A DNA stretch of 64,000 bases. Source: Patescibacteria group bacterium (GTDB taxonomy: Bacteria; Patescibacteriota; Microgenomatia; UBA1400; CG1-02-47-37). Below the pieces are notes generated by a model. That model made no database searches and was not told where the DNA came from. It saw only the letters and a list, made by a program, of their open reading frames with translations. Both the position numbers and the translations under genes were made by a program. Each line of letters opens with the position of its first letter. Position 1 is the first letter of the stretch. The stretch lies in the NCBI GenBank assembly GCA_034718535.1, contig JAYEMX010000064.1, positions 4,328-68,327 on the forward strand, in the 5' to 3' direction. Shown here one piece after another: positions 57,382 through 64,000 of the stretch.

Positions 57382-59063
57382 AGAGAAGGTTTGGAATTAT
57401 TTATTTGTGGAGGGGCGGGTTTTAGAGTTTTTTTGGTTTGAGATAAAACTTTGCTTAAATTTTTAGCTCTTTTTATTAAATCGATAAAATTATCAAGCTC
57501 TTTTATTTTAAAAAGTTTTGAGAAAAAAATATAAACAAATAGTCCAATGGTAGAAGTAATAATTACTAATATAATCAGGTTAAATGTTTTGGCGGTATTT
57601 AAAATATAGCGATCAAGAACCCTTAGGGGTATCCATAAAGAAACGCCAGTGATAATAGTAGCTGTGGACATTTTTATAAAAGGAAAAAGTAGGTCTTTTT
57701 TATTAACTCCCCCCAATCGTTTTGAAAGCAGTATTATCAAAAAACCACCATGGAAAAATGACGACAAAGAAATGGCTAAAGCCAATCCAAGAACATTTAA
57801 TTTTAATGGATAGACAAAGAAAAAGCTTAAAAGCACATTAAAAATAACAGCTGAAGCTCCAATAAAAAGGGGAACTTTGGTATTACCAATAGCATAAAAG
57901 CCTCGAACTAAAATTTGAATGGCAGATTGAGCAAAAACAGATAAAGCAAAAAGAGCCACTACTTCACCGGTTAAAAGGGTGGCTTCCCAAGGAAAATTGC
58001 GAGCCCCAAAGGCAAGACGAACTATAGGTATTCTTAAAACTAAAAGCATCATGCCAGCAGGTAGACTTAAATATAGGGTTTGTTTAAGTGATGATAAGAA
58101 CAGTTTTTTAAACTTTTCAAGTGATTTTGAATTATATTCTCTTGATAAAGTTGGGAGGGCAGCTTGACCAATAGTGGCTCCAAACAAACCAACCGGCAAA
58201 GCATTTAAGTGTTGGGCAAAGTAAAAGATTGATAAAGACCCTCTTGAAAGTGAGGTGGCAATAAAAACAGCTACGGTTAATTCTATTTGAGAAACAGCTA
58301 AAGCTAAAGTTCTGGGTAACATTAACCTGCCAATGCGACGGACTCCTGTATTTTTTATATTAATTGAAGGTTTAAAAACAAAACCGATTTTTTTAATTAA
58401 AGGCAGTTGAATGATTAAATGAAGAAAGGCTCCAATTAAAACTCCAAAGACCGGACCATATATACCAAAGCGCGAACTTAAAACTAAAATTCCAAAGATA
58501 ATACCTAAATTGTAGGCAATTGGTGAAAGGGCCGGAATAATAAAATGTCGATGAGATTGAAGAATCCCGGTTAAAAAATTTGAAATTACAAAAGCTCCTT
58601 GAGCAAAAACCAATAACCTGGTGAGATTTGTCATTAAAGTAATCTCTGCCGGTGAAAATGAAGGGGCAATTAATTTACTTAAAGGTTTGGCAAAAGTAAT
58701 TAAAACAACGGCAAAGACAAAAAATAAGATTATCCCTAAAGTAATGATGGTTGAAGCTAGGCTCCAAGCTTGATTTTTGTCTTTTACCAAATAATTGGTA
58801 AAAACGGGAATAAAGGCAGCAGAGAGGGCTCCAACGACTAAAAGTTGAAAAATCATATCCGGAAGCCTAAAGGCGGCAAAGTAGACATCAAGTTGCCAAG
58901 AGGTGTTAATTCCAAAAAATGTGCCAGCTAAGAATCTATCTCGAAGAAGCCCAAGTATCCTGGAGAAAAAAACCGCTACCATTAAAACAGAGGCAGCAGA
59001 CAAAATATTATTTTGTCTCCTTAGTAATAAGCCTTTGCTATTTTTAAGAAAATTATTAACCAT
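57378..59063 (-). CDS. murJ: Lipid II flippase MurJ
   Basis: SRILGLLRD, AAFRLPD, GALSAAFIPVF, LPVGLFG, RGFYA..NTKVP. Confidence 0.94.
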   Translation of the reverse strand: MVNNFLKNSKGLLLRRQNNILSAASVLMVAVFFSRILGLLRDRFLAGTFFGINTSWQLDVYFAAFRLPDMIFQLLVVGALSAAFIPVFTNYLVKDKNQAWSLASTIITLGIILFFVFAVVLITFAKPLSKLIAPSFSPAEITLMTNLTRLLVFAQGAFVISNFLTGILQSHRHFIIPALSPIAYNLGIIFGILVLSSRFGIYGPVFGVLIGAFLHLIIQLPLIKKIGFVFKPSINIKNTGVRRIGRLMLPRTLALAVSQIELTVAVFIATSLSRGSLSIFYFAQHLNALPVGLFGATIGQAALPTLSREYNSKSLEKFKKLFLSSLKQTLYLSLPAGMMLLVLRIPIVRLAFGARNFPWEATLLTGEVVALFALSVFAQSAIQILVRGFYAIGNTKVPLFIGASAVIFNVLLSFFFVYPLKLNVLGLALAISLSSFFHGGFLIILLSKRLGGVNKKDLLFPFIKMSTATIITGVSLWIPLRVLDRYILNTAKTFNLIILVIITSTIGLFVYIFFSKLFKIKELDNFIDLIKRAKNLSKVLSQTKKTLKPAPPQINNSKPSL

Positions 59064-59089
59064 AACTTCAGGCGAGTATAACATGGGCC

Positions 59090-59119
59090 TTGATAGAGCT
59101 ACAAGTAAAATGTTATGAT
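59090..59119 (+). promoter_or_regulatory. Putative rpsT promoter, probably leaderless
   Basis: TTGATA(59090-59095)-18nt-TATGAT(59114-59119), with TG extension, then 7 nt to ATG 59127. Confidence 0.55.
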
Positions 59120-59126
59120 ACGGGCT

Positions 59127-59369
59127 ATGCCAATAATTAAATCAGCAAAAAAAAAGTTAAAACAAGATAAATTTCGAACGATAGTTAATCTTGTTTATCG
59201 AAACAAAATTAAGAAGACTTTAAAAGAGGCTCGAGAGAAAAAAACAAAAAAATCTTTAAAATCTGTTTATAGTGCTTTAGACCGCGGAGTTAAAAAAAAA
59301 GTGATTCATAAAAATAAAGCGGCTCGATTAAAATCTAGGTTGTCAAAACTGGTAAAGAATAAGGTATAA
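59127..59369 (+). CDS. rpsT: 30S ribosomal protein bS20
   Basis: MPIIKSAKK, LDRGVKKKVIHKNKAARLKSRL. Confidence 0.95.
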   Translation: MPIIKSAKKKLKQDKFRTIVNLVYRNKIKKTLKEAREKKTKKSLKSVYSALDRGVKKKVIHKNKAARLKSRLSKLVKNKV

Positions 59370-59378
59370 TGTCAGTTA

Positions 59379-59918
59379 ATGGCTGCCCAAAAAAAACAAA
59401 TTAATTTGCTCCCTAAGGATAAGTGGGAAGTTGGAATAGTCGGTAAACTGCTGAAGTGGGCTTTAAATATTGGACGCTATGTAGTGGTTTTTACAGAGTT
59501 GATTGTGATTTCCGCTTTTTTGTTTCGTTTTTCATTGGACAGAAAATTGACGGACCTTCGAAAAGAAATGAAACAGAAACAAGAAGTGGTAGTATTTTAT
59601 GAAGATTTTGAAAGTAGTTTTAGAAAAATTCAGAAACAGTTAGAAAATATAAAAGAAACTAATGCTTCCAGCGTTGATGTTGAGTCGATATTGTTAAATA
59701 TCAGTCAAATTACACCGATTGATACTGTTTATAGCAGGATTAATATTGTTGCGGAAGAAGTTTCTTTGGAGGGAGAAACTTTATCTGAAATTGGTTTGGC
59801 TACTTTGTTGGCAAAAGCTCAAGAAAATAAAAAATTCAGTGAAGTTGTTCTTGAAAGTGTAGCTTCGGCAACAGAAAAAAATCAAGTAATAAAATTTAGA
59901 ATGACTTTAGGTTTATGA
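59379..59918 (+). CDS. PilN-like type IV pilus assembly protein
   Basis: INLLP motif, TM, coiled coil, ferredoxin-like C-terminus (TP..V....I..EG..FSEV.L). Confidence 0.75.
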   Translation: MAAQKKQINLLPKDKWEVGIVGKLLKWALNIGRYVVVFTELIVISAFLFRFSLDRKLTDLRKEMKQKQEVVVFYEDFESSFRKIQKQLENIKETNASSVDVESILLNISQITPIDTVYSRINIVAEEVSLEGETLSEIGLATLLAKAQENKKFSEVVLESVASATEKNQVIKFRMTLGL

Positions 59919-60556
59919 AATTTGGGAGCAGATTAAATACCAGCAGAGATTACAATAAATATATAAAAAGATTGCAACAATTGTCTTTAAATCCGGTGGC
60001 AAAAGTATCTGGAATTATCAGTTTAACAATTTTTACAGTGGCATTTTTTGGTATTTTTGCCATTTTACCGACTTTTAAAACAGTTGGTTCTTTGTCTAAA
60101 GAGATTAAAGATATTAAGGAAATTAATCAAAAACTTTCTTTAAAAATTAAGGCTCTGGGGAGTGCCGAAGATATTTATAGTCAAGTGGTAAATGATCTTG
60201 AGTTGGTTAATAAAATGCTACCTGAAACAGCAAGTTTTGATCGTTTGGTTTGGCAGATTGAATGGTTAGCGATGAATACCGAGATTGAATTATCATCAGC
60301 TAATTTTGGAGAATTCCAAATAGTAGGTCCGGAAATAATTGAAAATGATTTGGGTAAAATTGAAGTTGAGCTAACTTTAGTTGGTGGTTATTCACAAATA
60401 AAATATTTTGTTAAAAAATTAAATAGAATTGATAGATTGATTTCAATTAATGATGTTAGAATTGCCAATAAATCTTTTTTAAAAAAAGACAATGATGTTT
60501 CTGCCAACATTAAGTTTAATGCTTACTATTTAACTAGTGATATTAATAATTTATGA
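59915..60556 (+). CDS. PilO-like type IV pilus assembly protein
   Basis: TM, coiled coil, LP, GGYSQIKYFVKKLNRIDRLISI; follows pilN-like gene. Confidence 0.75.
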   Translation: MKFGSRLNTSRDYNKYIKRLQQLSLNPVAKVSGIISLTIFTVAFFGIFAILPTFKTVGSLSKEIKDIKEINQKLSLKIKALGSAEDIYSQVVNDLELVNKMLPETASFDRLVWQIEWLAMNTEIELSSANFGEFQIVGPEIIENDLGKIEVELTLVGGYSQIKYFVKKLNRIDRLISINDVRIANKSFLKKDNDVSANIKFNAYYLTSDINNL

Positions 60557-60897
60557 TCAGTAAAATTTACGAAAATCAGTTAAAAAATCAATTATTTAAA
60601 TTGTCTCTTATGACAATAATAACGGTAATTATCTGGATCGGATTTGCCACTTATGAAAGTTTATCTAAAAGTAAAATTGGTAAAACAACTCATTTACAAA
60701 TTAAACCCTTGACGGCAAGTCTTGATTTTGACACAATAAAAGATATTAAAAGTCGGGAAAAAATTACCAAAGCAGACTGGGATTCTTTGGTTCCGCAACT
60801 GCCAATGAATTTGGTATTGCCTGATATACCGGGAACCGAATCCGGTCAAATTAATAATAATTTGACAGCCAGTAATAGCGGAGAATTGGAAAAGTAG
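60553..60897 (+). CDS. Hypothetical single-TM protein (PilP-like position)
   Basis: N-terminal TM; translationally coupled to the pilO-like gene. Confidence 0.6.
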   Translation: MISKIYENQLKNQLFKLSLMTIITVIIWIGFATYESLSKSKIGKTTHLQIKPLTASLDFDTIKDIKSREKITKADWDSLVPQLPMNLVLPDIPGTESGQINNNLTASNSGELEK

Positions 60898-60904
60898 CTA
60901 ATTT

Positions 60905-62239
60905 ATGAAAATGCCAGGATCAAAATTTCATTTTCCAACTGCATTGGGCTTGTTTATATTACTGGTGGCAGTCGGGGTGGGTTTATTTTTAGTTAAAACA
61001 AAAACCGGAGTTAAAATTGGAACAGATGAAAGCTTTATTCCCAAACAAGTAAGAATTACTAATGTAAATGAAACAGGGTTTACTGTTTCTTGGTTAACCA
61101 ATGGCTCAATAAATGGATTGGTAAAATATGGTTCTGAATCTAATTCAATTAAACAAAGTGCTTTAGATGATCGAGATCAGATGACAGGAGAGTCAGGCAA
61201 GTTTGAAGTTCATTATGTAACGGTTAAAAATTTAAGTCCAAGTACTAATTACTTTTTTAAATTAGAATCCGGTAAAAAGCAATTTGATAATAATGGCAAA
61301 CCTTTTGAGATAGTTACCGGAGCAGTTCTTGGAACTCCACCGGCGGCCGATCCGGTTTATGGAACAATTTTATCTAGTTCGGGTTCGGGAGCTGAAGGAG
61401 TAATTGTTTATCTTAATATGCCTAATGCAGCTCCAATGTCTGCTTTGGCTAAAACTAATGGTAATTGGGCTTTATCTTTATCTATGGCAAGAACTTCGGA
61501 TTTAGGTAGTTATTTGGTTTACGATACCCAAGCCACAATGATTAATATTTTGGTTCAAGGTGGAAGTGTGGGTAATTCACCAGTAATTACCACTACCAGC
61601 AATGATAGTCCGGTGCCAGACATTACTTTAGGAAAATCTCATGATTTTAGAGATGTGGTAGATGAAAGTATAAATAATTTAGATGCTTCGACAGATGTTG
61701 ATAGTGAGCCCAGCAATAGTGGTTTTGATTTAGCTCCGGTAGCTAGTGGTAGTGCAATGATTACAGAGTCTGGTGAAATAACTTTGGATAATCCAAGCTT
61801 TGAGGGTGAAATAATTAATGCCACTCAACCGGCTTTTATTGGAACCGGATTGCCGGGAACTGTTTTGTCGATAACTGTAAATTCTCAAAATGCTTATACC
61901 GGCTCTACTACTATTGATGAAGATGGTTCGTGGGAGTTTATTCCTTCCGAAGGACTAGAACCCGGAGAGCATGAGGTAACTGTAAATTATATTGATAGTG
62001 AAGGAGATGAAAAAACTTTGACTAGATCATTTTTGATTGCGGCGGCGGGAGAATCTGAAGTACCGGCAATTACGGCAACTGAGTCCGGAAGTGTGGGGTC
62101 GACTTTATCGGGAAGAACAGAACTACCATCAACTGAATCCGGAGTGCCTGATCCGGGGACGTGGGAGGTAACTTTAATGATGTTATTAACTGGCGTTGGT
62201 TTGGTTTTTGGTGGCGTAATTATTAAAAATAGGATATAA
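60905..62239 (+). CDS. Surface protein with Fn3-like and Ig-like domains and a candidate sortase signal
   Basis: VRITNV..FTVSW..H.V...L.P.T.Y.F (Fn3/PAP-N), Big-like GSWEF..LEPGEH, then VPDPG + TM + basic tail. Confidence 0.7.
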   Translation: MKMPGSKFHFPTALGLFILLVAVGVGLFLVKTKTGVKIGTDESFIPKQVRITNVNETGFTVSWLTNGSINGLVKYGSESNSIKQSALDDRDQMTGESGKFEVHYVTVKNLSPSTNYFFKLESGKKQFDNNGKPFEIVTGAVLGTPPAADPVYGTILSSSGSGAEGVIVYLNMPNAAPMSALAKTNGNWALSLSMARTSDLGSYLVYDTQATMINILVQGGSVGNSPVITTTSNDSPVPDITLGKSHDFRDVVDESINNLDASTDVDSEPSNSGFDLAPVASGSAMITESGEITLDNPSFEGEIINATQPAFIGTGLPGTVLSITVNSQNAYTGSTTIDEDGSWEFIPSEGLEPGEHEVTVNYIDSEGDEKTLTRSFLIAAAGESEVPAITATESGSVGSTLSGRTELPSTESGVPDPGTWEVTLMMLLTGVGLVFGGVIIKNRI

Positions 62240-62247
62240 CTATTTAT

Positions 62248-63702
62248 ATGGATAATGCCCTGCCGACCGGAACCAATAATAATAAGCAAACCGATGATAC
62301 CCAAAATAAAGTTGATATTGCACCGGCTTCTCCTCCACCTGCACCACCACCTTTAGTTGAGCCGGAAAAACCAGAAGAAATTAAGGGTCCAAATCAAGTA
62401 AAAAAAATTGGGAAAAAGATTAAAAAAAATGGGTTAAAAATAGCCGGCGGTTTAATGATGTTTTTATTAGTGGCTGGAGGATTATTTGTTGGTAGAAATA
62501 TAGTTCAAGAAAGACAGGTGATAGAAAAAGAGGCATATGATCCAGGAGCAAGACGTAGATGTTCTGATATATCTGACATTGATGATTGTGGTAATTTTTG
62601 TCATATAGTTGACGGATATGGGTGTAAAAAAATTAATGGAGAATGTAAGGCCTTTTTAGAACCAGCTTGTAAGAAAACACGAGATAATAGTTGTACAGAT
62701 GAGGATTATACAAATAATACTTGTTGTAACAGCTTTTCGAGTGGTAAATGTGATGGTATTTCTGAAGGAAAACGAGGAGATTGCCCGTCAGGACAAGTTT
62801 GTAAGGCTTATGACCATAAATATGGTAATCCTACTTGTTCTTGTGCAAGCGGTATTCCGCCAGGTATGGATTGTGGATCTAAACCAGATCCATTGCCTGA
62901 GTTTGAAGAAACAGGAAGTATAGGCCCTTTTCCAAGAACTGGGAAATTGGTTGTATATCTTTATGGTGAAAACGGTTTAGGAGATGGTAAGTCTGGTTAT
63001 GCTAGTGGTGTAGAAAAACTTAGATTTGATTATAATGGTGAAGTTACAGATGTTGAATTAAATGGTAGTTCAAAAGAAAAAGTGGTAACAGATATTGTAG
63101 TGCAACAAGGTGATTCTATAATTATTACAGATACTTTTGAGCATGATCAAAAAGCCGGGTGTGCCCCTGATCATAGTTTACCTCATCAAGGAATAGGTTG
63201 GATGCCTATTAATTCAGACAATACTTGTGGGACGGGATTACCAGGACCTCCACAAGGTGGAGTTCAAACTCCTTTTGATACCCCAAGTATACTAGCTGGA
63301 ATAGAATGGGCCGAGAGTCTTGGCAATGAATTATTGGCTAAACAATGTTGGGCAGACTGGAGAGAGTGGCCGGGAGATTATGATTTTGAGGACTATTTTT
63401 TAATGTTTTCTTATGAACCGGCTGATGGTCCAGATAATCCATATTGCGAGGATTTAACTTATTCGGGAAATGAAGATTTTGGTGAAGAGCTTAGCTTTAC
63501 TTGCGTTGGTAGTGGAGATTATTATCGTTTTAGGTATATGATTAATGGTGGCTCCCCCATTCTTATTAATCAAGACAATGTTAATGGCAACACCACTAGT
63601 ATAAATTTAAATGAATATGGTGATTGGTTAGTTCAATGTAAGGTTTGTAATTCTAGTAATGTTTGTACTGTTTGGGGTGAGGCAAATGAAATAGCAAATT
63701 AA
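62248..63702 (+). CDS. Membrane-anchored Cys-rich extracellular protein
   Basis: Pro-rich N-terminus, TM, dense Cys region, DxDFED motif resembling DUF4114. Confidence 0.65.
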   Translation: MDNALPTGTNNNKQTDDTQNKVDIAPASPPPAPPPLVEPEKPEEIKGPNQVKKIGKKIKKNGLKIAGGLMMFLLVAGGLFVGRNIVQERQVIEKEAYDPGARRRCSDISDIDDCGNFCHIVDGYGCKKINGECKAFLEPACKKTRDNSCTDEDYTNNTCCNSFSSGKCDGISEGKRGDCPSGQVCKAYDHKYGNPTCSCASGIPPGMDCGSKPDPLPEFEETGSIGPFPRTGKLVVYLYGENGLGDGKSGYASGVEKLRFDYNGEVTDVELNGSSKEKVVTDIVVQQGDSIIITDTFEHDQKAGCAPDHSLPHQGIGWMPINSDNTCGTGLPGPPQGGVQTPFDTPSILAGIEWAESLGNELLAKQCWADWREWPGDYDFEDYFLMFSYEPADGPDNPYCEDLTYSGNEDFGEELSFTCVGSGDYYRFRYMINGGSPILINQDNVNGNTTSINLNEYGDWLVQCKVCNSSNVCTVWGEANEIAN

Positions 63703-63704
63703 TT

Positions 63705-64000
63705 ATGATAAATAATACACAAAATAATTCTAAAGTTAGTTCAACCCCAATTACTCCCATTTCCCCTATTAATCCCAAAGTTGATAAAGGTGAGAAAAAA
63801 TGGCTATTGTGGGGATTAGTTGGATTTACCGGAATCTTATTGATTACTGCTATTATCTTATTTATTCAACTTAAAAAACCAGTTAAACCAGAAACTCCAA
63901 CAATAAAAGAAACAAGAACAGGGGAGAGTTGTGAAACGGGTGGATTTACTGATGATTTTTCAAATATTGATCTTTCTAAGTGGAGACCTGGAGGTGAGGG
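63705..64000 (+). CDS. Membrane-anchored protein, 3' truncated by window
   Basis: Manual translation MINNTQNNSKVSSTP..WLLWGLVGFTGILLITAIILFIQL..FTDDFSNIDLSKW, open to the window end. Confidence 0.65.
   Translation, partial: MINNTQNNSKVSSTPITPISPINPKVDKGEKKWLLWGLVGFTGILLITAIILFIQLKKPVKPETPTIKETRTGESCETGGFTDDFSNIDLSKWRPGGE

Noticed and set aside
1440-62923. Numerous short antisense or alternate-frame ORFs in the track (e.g. 1440, 7915, 17427, 24203, 32284, 40380, 51271, 61987, 62699)
   Set aside because: They overlap well-supported genes and look like shadow ORFs.
1-64000. tRNA, rRNA or riboswitch genes
   Set aside because: Intergenic gaps are short, and none shows a cloverleaf or other recognisable RNA signature by eye; an Infernal or tRNAscan run would be needed to exclude them fully.

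Overview
AT-rich bacterial chromosome window, almost entirely housekeeping. It holds rpoBC, the str, S10, spc and alpha ribosomal clusters through rplM-rpsI, then alaS, ftsK, rnj, pnp, rpsO, infB, nusA, hrcA-grpE-dnaK-dnaJ, lepA, murJ, rpsT and a pilN/pilO-like surface-protein block. Absence of rpmD (uL30) from the spc cluster, short AlaRS and IF-2, and scarce Shine-Dalgarno sites point to a Patescibacteria/CPR organism, probably Microgenomates (inference). The notable signal is two paralogous REP-associated tyrosine transposase (RAYT/TnpA-REP, Y1 HUH) genes at 37.3 kb and 54.9 kb. Each is flanked by its own short palindrome family, carries that palindrome in frame inside its coding sequence just after the catalytic YIHxNP motif, and has a copy overlapping its predicted -35 region. 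These and several related palindrome families (many with an AGG...CCT core) are scattered across the window. They sit in ribosomal-operon spacers, nest inside one another, and are translated as parts of core proteins (MetAP, uL29, uL15, a LytR_C protein). No rRNA, tRNA or CRISPR array was recognised. Protein calls come from motif recognition and gene order, not from database searches.
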